The notes under the pieces are model-generated. The model searched no databases and had not been told where the DNA came from. It saw only the letters and a program-made list of their open reading frames with translations. Positions 36,201 through 46,165 of a stretch of 64,000 nucleotides of DNA are shown here, one piece after another. Position numbers and translations under genes: made by a program. Origin of the DNA: Raillietiella orientalis (Eukaryota); contig JAYWIR010000008.1 of the NCBI GenBank assembly GCA_036172245.1, positions 4,216,001 through 4,280,000 of the forward strand, given 5' to 3'. Position 1 is the first letter of the stretch, and every line of letters starts with the position of its first letter.

Positions 36201-36987
36201 CACTTCGCCTTTTACAAGAGACGGCGGCATTTCGCCCAAGGTTCCCCGTGCACGAGTTGCCGAATGTGCGCGGCTGCCGGATAGCGGCGCCAGGGTCCGC
36301 CGCGATTCTCTCTGCCTCCCGTCTCTTCCTCCTTCCCACTTCCCGCGCGGGATCTTCCTCCCGCACGGTGGGGACGCGCGCCTCGGCGGCCCGCCACTTG
36401 CCGGAGACGGAAACTGAGGTGGAGGGAGCGACGGAAGCGAAAAAAACAGCCGGGAAAACCGCGGCTGTTTCTTCGACTTGTGCCGCCGCCGCCGCCCGGT
36501 CCCTTTCCCGCCCTTGGGTCCTTTTCCGGGTCGCGTGCACCACCAGGAAAGAAACGGCAACATGGATGCCCCGCGCGGAGTCTCGGGTGCACCTCGCAGC
36601 TCACGGAGGTGCGCGATGACCGGACCTCCCTAAAGGTGCGCTCGCGGCTTCTAGGAAAGCCCAATAGCAATGGCAGCGGCCTCAGCGATGGGGAAGGATC
36701 CCTCGTCTCGGTTGCTGCTCGAGGGTGAGATCGGCTGCAACGTGGCAACCAGCCCTAAGAAGGGACGGGGGGGAAACGGCGACCCACCCTCCGATGCGCG
36801 CGCGTACTCGGGACGGGGAGGAAAAACGGGAGAGGAATGGGAGAGGGGAGGTTGCCTGAGAAATGGGAAAACCGCCTACCTTGAACAGCTTGTCCTTCCT
36901 GTGCCAGACGTCATCTTCGTCATCCATGCTGGAGTCCAGGTCCACTTCGTCTCTCGATCTGGAAAGGATCTTTTTCCGGGAAACCAT
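26993..36987 (-). CDS. exp: Expansion/Rebuf-family atypical MH2-domain protein, paralogue B (spliced; 3' end uncertain)
   Basis: Minus-strand exons 36987-36880, 30984-30827, 29481-29409, 29239-29084, 28589-28391, 27851-27664, 27621-27447 and 27282-26993 join in frame (1347 nt, 448 aa if TAA at 26995-26993 is used). Translation: MVSRKKILSRSRDEVDLDSSMDDEDDVWHRKDKLFKDHIQEVLTKWNHIDDEIWAKIVVMERNRRVAKAYARAPVLTINGSEEGFDGLRIGLCGFDNPMRDSKT...GLKVKMDDYGNILLKRLSK...LFDMKRFQENVISELKRTYPDRRKLEQQCISTAVF...CPCWIMIINVVAIDMLKSRLP...PPKLPPRD...IPKPDYDD...DDPYYCGMKARIPEF. This matches the canonical exp/reb N-terminus and MH2-like core as I remember them. Confidence 0.92.
27447..27621 (-). CDS. Paralogue B coding exon (PDYDDDEMQ...acidic run...GKTRKC), 175 nt
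   Basis: Putative acceptor gtcttgcag; donor G|gtacgt (phase 1). Confidence 0.8.
27664..27851 (-). CDS. Paralogue B coding exon (AKRLLEC...PPKLPPRD...IIPK), 188 nt
   Basis: Acceptor tttcctgcag; putative donor AAG|gtgcga. The frame also reads through the next 42 nt. Confidence 0.8.
28391..28589 (-). CDS. Paralogue B coding exon (LFDMKRFQEN...MLKSRLPS), 199 nt
   Basis: Acceptor cctgttgcag; donor CAG|gtgagc (phase 1). Confidence 0.92.
29084..29239 (-). CDS. Paralogue B coding exon (GLKVKMDDYGNILLKRLSK...KPVR), 156 nt
   Basis: Acceptor ctccctgtag; donor AGG|gtaaga. Confidence 0.92.
29409..29481 (-). CDS. Paralogue B coding exon (IGLCGFDNPMRDSKTEIVKRQIGQ), 73 nt
   Basis: Acceptor ctcttccag; donor CAG|gtacgc. 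Confidence 0.93.
30827..30984 (-). CDS. Paralogue B coding exon (DHIQEVLTKW...GFDGLR), 158 nt
   Basis: Acceptor cttctag; donor CG|gtgagt. Not annotated in this frame in the ORF track. Confidence 0.93.
31505..32447. repeat. Dispersed repeat copy 1 (two blocks, 31505-31668 and 32266-32447)
   Basis: The blocks align in the same orientation with 34645-34820 and 34823-35005, e.g. shared GGCGGCTGTTGTGA, GGCGGCGACAGCAGA, GATGGCCCTAGGA, GAACGCGAACGCCCTTCACGTGCTCCCGATGCA and GCGGCTTGCAAGA. Confidence 0.85.
33600..34050 (-). mobile_element. Decayed non-LTR retrotransposon RT N-terminal fragment in intron 1 of paralogue B
   Basis: Minus-strand GEDPGNPGKLLRDALDVV (like PGPDGI..LLK), then NNWKSAQLVTIEKPDNK...IS...LLIK (like WK.A.VV.IPKPGK...YRPISL). 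Confidence 0.55.
34645..35005. repeat. Dispersed repeat copy 2 (contiguous version of 31505-31668 plus 32266-32447)
   Basis: Direct visual alignment; lacks the ~600-nt segment present in copy 1. Confidence 0.85.
36880..36987 (-). CDS. Paralogue B first coding exon (MVSRKKILSRSRD...KLFK), 108 nt
   Basis: ATG at 36987-36985; donor AAG|gtaggc at 36879. An acceptor-like ttccag lies 8 nt upstream of the ATG. Confidence 0.9.
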
Positions 36988-39699
36988 CAATCCCTCTGGA
37001 AGCGACACAGCTGTCAAATCCTTGCGTCCCGAACGGGACGTTCGTCGAGCACCCTTCGGCCACCTTTCACTCTCACCCCTGCCGTGATGGCGAGGTCTCG
37101 AGAACGGCGGCAGCAGGAGGAGGAGGGGGGAGGAGGAGGTTGGCGGCCGACACACGAGATGGCATTGGCATCGTGACGTGGGTGACGCAACGAGCACGAG
37201 GTGCGCGAGTGCGCGCACACGCGTGAGTGCGTCCGGAAGCCTTCCGGAAGGCGCGTTCCTCTCCCCCCCCCCCCTTCTTCCTTCGCCTTGGAAGTCGTCG
37301 GAAGTCCCGGCTAGCCGTCCAAAAATGGGAAGACCTCACTCTCAAGGGGAGGAGGATAGGGAGAACTGACAAGCGGCGAAGTCACTTTGTTGAGAGGGAA
37401 CAGGGAGGGTAGCCTTCCTCCTCATAAGGAAGGAAAAAAGGAAGGAGGTGCCCGAGACATGAGCATTGTTGCCCCTATTGTTGCCCCTACTCCCTCCTCT
37501 TTTTTACGGTCGCGAGATCGTTGGATCTTTGCAGCGCGGGGTGGGCTACCCCTTCGTAGTTCGGCCAGCTGCTCACCGCGGCCACAGGGCGATCTCTCGG
37601 TCGGAGAATCTCCGGGGCGGTGTACGTGACGGCAGGATGAGCCACCGCTACCAGATGAAGCTCGTGCAACATCAGCAGCGGAGGCCCCCTTGCCCCTCCC
37701 CCTTGCATTCTCCTTGCAAGATGATCGTCCTCCCGATCTCTCGGGATCCTCCGCTCCGACGCCGATCAGATAAAAGAGATTTCCGGATTTTCCGCCGGTC
37801 GCTGCCGCAGGCGACGACCACCTCGAGGGAAGGAAGGGGCGCGCGCATAGCCTGCGCCCGGCTCACGCTTCAGGGGGACTGGGTTGGCGGTCCGCCCTAG
37901 CCGTGACCTGCTCTTGGGTCAAGCAGAAGGGTGTAAGGAAGAGCCGAACGCAGACACCATTCGCAATGGTGTCTGCGTCCGGGATTCCCTCGACTCGTTC
38001 CCGCCGGCCCCCGCTGGCGCCACGGAGCCAAGCAGGCCGGCCCGTAAACATAAGGGAACCACCACAGCGCTCTCGCTACCCTGCTTGCCTCAAGTGACGC
38101 CTGCCGAGCCCTTCCCGAGAAAATTTTGCGATCCAGAGTAGCCGCCGCATGGCGGAACACCATGAAGGCCTGCCGAGAGGGCTTCCAGACGCGTTACTCC
38201 TGAAGGAGAAGCGGGTAGCGGGAGGCGGGTCCCACGAAGGATCTGTGGGTCGAGAATACTCAAAGAAGGCAGCGAAAGCGGGAGAGGGAGGGCGCGCACG
38301 TGCGCTGTTCTTCAGGCTGGTTAGCGATTGACCGAACAGCGCCAACGACCTCCACAGCTCATCTTGGCTGCCGGGATGCAGCCACACGCATGCGGCACCC
38401 CTCATCCTGCGCACCTCCTGCAAACAGGGACTAGAGTGGCGTCCCTCCCCATCGCCAACTCAGCGGATGTATGTGGTGGGCCTTCTTCGGGAGGAGGATG
38501 CACCCCGAAGGCCTTTCGGACAGCGCCCTTGCCACTGCAAGGGAGGGGACATGCGCGCGCGATGGACCGACAAGACCTTCTTTCGCACTCCGCTCGATGC
38601 CGTTAATGCTGCAGCCACCTTCCCACTGTCCCCTATTCCTCCCCCCTACCCTTCCAGCCAGGATACGATGCCTGACGAATACACGGGAACAGGAGCCAAA
38701 CTGGCTGCTGTACGCCCATCCTCCCAAACGCCCGCATTACCTGCGAGTCCGATGGTCTCTTCCTGGTCTGACGGCTTTCGCTTTCTGCCGCCGACGCCGC
38801 GAGAACGCGTTGAAGGCGCCTCCGCCAAATATCAGGTTTCCCAGATGTAGCAGCAGGGTCCACACCGGAACCGATCCTAGCATCCCAACCCGGGGGAGAT
38901 CAAGGGGAGTCCCACGCGCGCTTGCGTGGGTCTAGCAGGCCAACCGCCGTCGTCAGGCCGTTCGCAGCGCTCCCCGGCAACGCATCTAGCGGCTCAGTCG
39001 AAGGACTGTCGATTTCACTTTCGCCGAGGCGGTCTCAAGCCTGCGGTCGTGACGTCGGCGCCTTCCGGGCGTCGACGTCACCGCTGCGTAGGCTTCCGAA
39101 ACTCTGGGCTCCTCCCCCGCTGCCGTCCTTATGGGTCCACCCCTGACGGCCCCGATGCTCTCCCGCGAGCGCACATCTCTTGCTCTTCGGACGGGCCCCT
39201 TGCCTGTGCAGCAGAAAACAAGGATCGCCCTCTCGTCCCGTCCCCTCTTCCGAAATAGGGGACGGGAACAAGCACGGAGTATGTGACTGCTCCGAGAAAC
39301 TCCCTGCAAACCTTCCATCACCTCTCTTCCCTCCTGGAAAAACGGAGGTTCCTCCCCCTCTCCTTGCTGTGGCTCCCGGATATGTCCCGTCTTAAGGAAA
39401 AAGCTACGAGGTCCGGGAGAGAGGGGTTTACGGCATTGGGTGGGGCGAGGTCAAGCACGCACGTCATCTGGTCAAGGAGAAAAGGGTGGAGCCGTTTTCC
39501 GGTCTCTCTGATGCCTGAGCTCAGCGGGGCCACCCCGCGGAGATCTTCCGGCAGGAGGTCATCGGAGACACGTCTCCTGTTATCCCCTTCCGTCTTATCC
39601 CTTACCTTCCGACCAAAGCGACAGAGGAATGACCTTGCATTGCCTCACGTTGCCTAGCCCACAATGGATGAAGGAGGCAGCGTCCAGGCAGAGGCTACA

Positions 39700-41750
39700 T
39701 CTTCTTCCGCGACAGTAGTGTGGTCTTTCCTTCGCTCCCAGCATGCTCTAGGGTCAGTCGAGCGAACGGAACTCAGCTCCTGGAGGAGAGGGTGTAGCAT
39801 GGGTTTCCAAGCAAACTGGTGCTCCTCCCAAGTGTGCACCCATGGAGTTGTGCGAGTTCCCAGCTTTCCACTTGCCTTGTTCCTTGTCATCCTACTTCCT
39901 CATTCTCGAATTTCAGCGAATGCTTGCTGTCCATGACCCTGACCTTGCCAATCCGAGCGCCTGCGCTAACGTGAATCCCGTAGGATCGCGACCCTCAAGT
40001 GGTATTTATCCTACGAATTGGAAGCTCCCGCGACCAAAAGCAGGTTTTTCGACCAAAAGCAGCTCTCTATACATCCTCAAGAAGCTCCACGAAGCGAGCT
40101 GAGCAGGAAGTGAGCCAACTCTGGAGCAGAGCCTCCTAGCTGCACCTCCTTGCTAGCCACGGCGTCCAGAAACTGATATTCCTAACCCGAGAGTCAAAGA
40201 GAAAGGTCCTTCCGGGTTCTACATGTTTGTGGTCCTTTTCCGGAATCTTCTCCAAAGATTCTACAAAGAACGTTCATGTGGAAGCTCCTCACATGAACGT
40301 CCTCTCTTCCCCATTAGCTCATCTCTCTCTGCTTGTTCTCATTTTCTCCTACAGGAAATAATGGAGGAATTCATACAGGAATAATGAAGTTCCCAGATGC
40401 CCCGGATCTTGCCCGAGGAGCCCACTTCTCCTCCTTCCCTTTGTCTTCCCAAATAAGTCCATTCCCCAACTCGTCTCCTACCCGATACTCTAGCACTTGC
40501 TTCCTGGAATGCTCGCTCTCCCACAGCACCTGGCTGCAGTTCGCTCTCGGATGCTCTGCAGTGCTTTCTCCCTACTTCATGAATACCTTACTCCCGAACG
40601 TAGCTTGCCAGCTTCCCTTGCACTCTCCTATTCTCTCATCGGGAGATACTATTGGCATCCATTCTTCCTGAAGAAACGTTCTTCGCGCACCTTCTCCCGT
40701 TTGCCACCTGAGGAAAGCTTGAGCGCTTTTTTTTTTGTGAATCCGGTCTCCTGGGAACATCAGTGAACTCTTGTGTCCGGAAATCCAAAGGAAAAAAGGA
40801 ATGGAAGAGCGAGAGACTGCAAGGTCAAATGACATCTTTTCGGACTGCCTTTCTGGAAGCCATCTTCAGTGCCCTCAACCGAGAGGATTCGTTCCTGGAG
40901 ACGGAGGTGACCCTCCTTGTGGTCGTGACTGAGATCGTCCTTGTTCAAGTGTGGACAGCTGTTTTTCTTCTATAAACAGTTGCCTCCCTTTTCGGCCTTC
41001 CAGACACCAGAGACTGTCACGGTTATTCCAGGAAAAACCTCGCGAGCTTTACCTAGAAGACTGATCACATCACTCTCAGCGATGGGACAACAAATAAGGA
41101 GAGGGAGGGGATGCACTGATGAACTCTTTGGTCAGCGAATAGCATTCGGTCTTTTGGCTAAGATCAAAGTGTAGATGTGTTGTGGCCACAAGAAAGCCTC
41201 CACTAGCTTTTTTACAGTATTTTAAGGAATGAGGTGCATCTATACCATCTCCAGCAGTTTTATTTCTGCCTCTGTCCTCGTTTCTTGCAGCCACCCGCGA
41301 GAGACTTTACTAGGTCCGCATGGAGAGTTTTCAAGTCCCCCACCGGGGTTGGGTCAATGGATCACGTATCTGCGAGCATCCCCCATGCCTTGAGTGAGTT
41401 CCTGCTTAATTTCCAAACGGAACGCGTCTGCCTTGATGTCCCAGTAGAGGTACGGTGGAAGTCTCTGGTCTCGGACCAGGATCTCTCCAGAACATCGCTC
41501 AGGTACATCTTCTTGTCTTCCCTCCCTTTTCGGATTCCATGTGTGGGCATCCACGTGTAATGGCGGTATCCTCTCAAGATTTCGATTTCATCCTGACACT
41601 TTATATACCCATTCTTCCAAAAAATTCCTGGTATGCGCCATTGAAAGTATGAAACAAGGCCCACAAAAAGGACCGACAACAAAACTCTGAGGTCTTCAGG
41701 TGCTAGAATCCCAAAATTTCCGCTTAATGGTTCGAGGAAGACAAAAATCG
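39700..41750 (-). mobile_element. Decayed LINE ORF2 relic (APE endonuclease to RT)
   Basis: Lower-GC island with frameshifted motifs in canonical order on the minus strand: VGDLKTLH (~41343), KLLEM, STL/DL (~41170), AP/GQD (~40420), IPEKDHKHVE/PFSLTLGLG (~40255-40180, like YRPISLT) and VMDSK/AF (~39930, like D..KAFD). Confidence 0.5.
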
Positions 41751-44200
41751 GGGAGCAGAAGCTGATGCATTGTGCCATCTTAGTGTGCATAACCATGACT
41801 TTCCCTTTCGAATCTCAAGTATGTCAGCCATTTCCATAGATCTCCATTGGCCGAGTACCATAACTTATGCACATTTTTATACCATTCACAAACTTGGTAT
41901 ACCAGCAAATGAACACGTTTTTACGTTCATTCTACTTCACTGCTTTATAACGTCCTGATAGTAATTATTGCAATCGTCATATACAAATTTATGTTGCATC
42001 AAACGTACTTCCTTTTAAAGATACGGAAAATGCAATCATTCCTACTGATGCTTCGTGCCAGCAATGCAGAAATTAAGTATCGGGAGCCGCATAAAGCCAC
42101 TTTCTTTTCGCAAGGCAAAACGAGTTATTTGTTATGCGAAAGTTCTTATCAGTTAATTAACTAATGATACGTAGGCTGCCTGAGAGAGCAGCCGCTTACT
42201 ATTTGAAGTTGAAATGCTTGACGACTTGTTTTTACAAGGAAAAGTACCGATTTATCTTTTGAGGCCACAAGCTAAGACAAATTTCGCACCATGGATACGG
42301 TCACTTTTTACACGCACAGAAAACACCATGCCTTCCGATGGGGAATCGTTCGTTTCGTAACCACGGACTCGTTTGGCATGTCGATTCCGAGAAGGAAGGT
42401 ACGCGCGGCTGTGCCGGTATCCATGGCGACACCGACAAGGCGGCTAAAAATAAACAAATTTCGTTCCATTGTTGAGCTGCTTCAAGTGCTCTCAAGTCGA
42501 ATGCAAGAGCCGCCCGCCGCCGCCGATTCGCCTTTCATCTTTTTTGCACTGCTGCTCCTCCGCCCCAGCTTGGTCTGCGCCGAAAAACTGAAGGGAGGGG
42601 GCCGGAAAAAGTGGAGGTGAAGGAAAGCGAGCGTCCGTGCCCGCAGTTTTGCCACTCCGGTGCCACCGGCCCATTTCGAAGCCTGCGCTTTTCCTTGCGA
42701 ACGGGGAACAGAAGGAGCCTCCGTGCCCCCCCCCTCATTCGAGAGACGCTCGTACTCTCGTGCTGCCTTTTGCTGGTCTCCCTCTCTTCAGGTATTGCTT
42801 TATGTCTCAATCGTTCATCAGAGCTGAAGATTGAAAGTCGTGCTCTTCGCACTGCTCGTAAACTCGCCCCTCAATAAACAGGGCAGCGCGAAAATCCGTT
42901 CGCTGCCGTGCGGATACACACACACAAAAAAGGGGGAACGCGTTGATAGCAAACGCTTCGCGCTAAGTCTTCCATTTTCTCTTCACTTCGTTATGAAACG
43001 CCGAGGTCACTGAACTCTGGAGAAGCTCTTGTACCTCGGGGGGTTCCCTGCCTGCGAAAGACGGCGCAGTTGAATGACCTGGTTTTTTGGCCCGGTGGTT
43101 ACACCGGAGCGTCGGAGGTTCCGGGGTTCTTCCAGCTCCCCTCACGGGAGCCGAAAAGCGAGGCGCTGATGCGCTTTGTTTGAACCCTGGGCTTTCGCTG
43201 CGGTCGTGGCACGTCCCTCCTCCCAGGAAATGAGAAGTTCGCCTTTGTTTGCTGAGAAGATCAGATCTCGCAAGTTCTCGCGCCATCCGCTTCTGGATGG
43301 TCTCAGGGACACCTGGGAAGATTCCGCATTGAGGGAGAGGGGGATCGCTTCGCCTCTTGTCTTCTCCACGCCAGTCCTCCGCAGCGGCTTCCGAAGAGTT
43401 TGCCCACTCGCTCCCGGAGTAGGGACGGGGGTCCGTGGAAAAAGGAGGATACCACCGACAGCTTCCACGGATGAAGATCGCGCCATTCAAGTCTTGCGAA
43501 GAAACTTCCCCCCTTCCAGGCTCCCGGCCGACGTCCGGAAACGGCAGGAGTGACCCCGTTTGGGAACGCGCAAAGCATCAAGACGATGGGGTTCCTCGGT
43601 CGCAGCGGGCATCGGAAGCCGAGATGACGCTTGAGAACGAGGGAGTGCTCTGATTTGATTTCCTTCTTCCCCGTTCGCTCGCTCGCTACGCCCGCTCCCT
43701 TATTCCATAACGGCCGCGCGTTTCCGCGAAGGTCTGCGCGCGAAACGCCGACGGCATTCCGACTTGACGGGCGCGCGGCGTCGGTACGAGAATGGGACGC
43801 GGACTTCACCCCATTTCCTTCTCTCTCTTATCCTCCTCCCACGCTCGTTCGACCGGGGTTATTTCCCAAACACCCGAGTCCTGGACCCGACTTTTCCATC
43901 CGACGGTATTTCACCATTCCCGGAAGTTCGCGTTTCGACTGCCGAAAACCCTGTCGTGGGCGTTCGGCGTGTTGCGCAAGTCGTCTGGGGTAGCGGGAGG
44001 GAGCGAGGATGGAGAGGATTTGCCGTTGGGTGCCCTCGCTCTCCTGGATCTCTCTTTCCCTCCTCCTGCCCTTCCCATCGCACACACGTCGCCCGAATCC
44101 ATATTTTCTGACCCGAAGGAGAGGAGAGGAGCTGCCGTCGCGAGCGGAACAGCTCTGCTGCTGCGGGAGGTCGATGTTCGTGACTGCTTACGCTTCGCCG

Positions 44201-44255
44201 TCGCCAGAGAAAAAGCTGGGAACTTCCCGGAAGCTCCCAGCTTCTTCTCTGGAGA
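44201..44255. repeat. Long inverted repeat (27-nt arms, 1-nt spacer)
   Basis: TCGCCAGAGAAAAAGCTGGGAACTTCC-C-GGAAGCTCCCAGCTTCTTCTCTGGAGA; 24 of 27 positions are complementary. Confidence 0.9.
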
Positions 44256-45354
44256 AACGGAAAGCAGGCGGAAGGCAGTGAGCTCTGACATCGCTCTGGA
44301 AGCTCTGCCCCTCAGCGATGCACTTGGTTTCCCCATCCGAGGGCGTGAACATCCCAGCTTCCAAAGCACCAGCCATCGTTCTTCCCTTTCCCCTTTCACA
44401 CACGGCGAGCCCAGAGGGGGAGTAGGAAGGAAGGGACAAGGGTTTGAAGTGAGCCATTGAGACGGAGACACCAGGGGAGGAGCTGTATGAGCACTCTCGT
44501 GAGGCGCTGCCTCCGAGCATCGACAGCTCCTGTAGACCACACCGCCGTGTTCGTTTCCATGCTCACGCATGAGCGATGGATCACTCAGTTTCCCGCAGGC
44601 TCTCTTGGAAGGGAGAATGTGAGACGTGCTAGGACAGGGGAAGCTACCTGGAGGTAGGGTGCCCTTGGGAGTCGGGAGCCGTGCAGTGCAGCCGCGAGGA
44701 AAGAAGTTTCTTCAGAACGAAGTTTTCCGGAGCCATGAAACCGAGGAGGCGCAGAGAGGAAAAGAAAGGAAAGTCCTCACCCACCTCCTGCTTCCAAGAA
44801 TCTGGTCGGATCGTGCGGATCCAAGGAGGAGGAAGAAGCAGCGGAGACTTTTTGGAGCTCGCGGACCGTGATGGAGCCAGGGATGCCCGGGGGAACCTTG
44901 ATGTCTGGTTCTCTTGCCCGGCTTCTTGTTGGCATCGAAAAACGTTGGGTTCTGAGCCACAAGGGAGTAAGGGGAGGGAAGGGGAGGGTATGCTGATCCC
45001 CAGGGGTTCGGGAATCAACGGGTCATCGGGGTCTCCGTAGGAAGGCCACGAGTTCAAGGTCCTCGGGGCAACTCCTTGCTTTCGCCGCGACTTTGGGTGC
45101 ACCTCCGACTCCACTCTTCGCTTCCGTGGCAAACACCGGTCCACAGCTCTCATTTGTTACTCAAGTGGGTCTGCAGGAAGATTCGCACCTGGAAGGAAAT
45201 ATCCAGTACCGACTGCATGAGAGAGAGTATGCAGGAGCTGGACCAGGTCTGAGGCTGCCCACTGTCTCGATTGGCGGGATCCATTTTCCCCCTTGGAGCA
45301 AAGAGACCCCTTCGAATGGGACCTCTGTGAGGCCCATGTGAGGTCACTTCGGGT

Positions 45355-46165
45355 CCAATTTGGTGGCTGCGTAGCTGAGGACTCCGCACGTGGCGCGAAG
45401 AGATGTGGGTTCGAATCCCAGCCAGGGAAGGATCGACGCCGAGAATGGATGGTGCATCCCCCTCCCTCAGATTGACTATGATTGGCCTGCAGGCTTCGAG
45501 TGCGACACTGGTAGAAGTTGGATGTCCTCGTTGATTGGCTGGGACTGGAAGCTGACTCTCCGGGGTCCTTCCAGGAATCAAAAAGCTGGTTCCCTTCGGG
45601 GTTCCCCTCCGGTTGTGAAAACGGAGCCGTCCTTTCCCTTTCGAAGGGAAATCCTCCATCGCTTACCTTGGAGCTGGTTGGATTGACTTCGGGGGTTGCT
45701 CTCCACAGTATCAAGGAGTGCGCCGCCCCCTTCGAGGAGCGCCCTTCAGAGAAATTGGGGAGAGTCCCTTTGGAGTTCTCTTCAGAGGGGGAAACGAGAA
45801 GCGGACCTTTTGTGGGTCCCTTCCGGAGAAGAAATGAGGAGTGATCCCTTGGGGGGACCACTCAGGAAAAACCAAGGAAGTGCTTCCCTTCGGAGACAAC
45901 CAGAATGGAGGGTTTCCTTCGAGATTCCCTAGCAAGCGTAAGAGGAACGGACACCTTCCTCCGGAACCTTCCTGGATTCATAAGATGATCCCTCCGGAGT
46001 TACCCCCCCAACCCTGAGGAGTTGGCATGCACCTCCCGTTGGCGTGGACCTCGTCAAGGAGCTTCATGAGTCCCTCCTGCGGAGCTCATTGGTTCTTCAG
46101 CACTTCTTGACAACCAAAAAAAGAAGCTGGAAGAAGGCAGTGAACACAGAGAAACTCCCAAATTT
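45355..46165 (+). mobile_element. tRNA-derived SINE-like element, apparently full-length copy (~0.8 kb)
   Basis: Head GGTGGCTGCGTAGCTGAGG (A-box-like) followed by GGTTCGAATCCC (B box, 45408-45419). The body has repeated CCC-TTCG-GGG-type hairpins and an A-rich segment near 46112. It is clearly homologous to 60511-61190, 56765-57510 and 20380-21738. Confidence 0.75.

Noticed and set aside
40572..40860. RNase H motifs (FLWISGHK on minus, IFSDCLS on plus)
   Set aside because: They are on opposite strands and fall between the endonuclease and RT remnants, where RNase H is not expected; likely chance.
45360..45435. tRNA gene suggested by GGTTCGAATCCC (also 21660-21738 and 57440-57510 on the minus strand)
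   Set aside because: I could not build a complete cloverleaf, and each is attached to the same repeat body, so they are treated as SINE heads.
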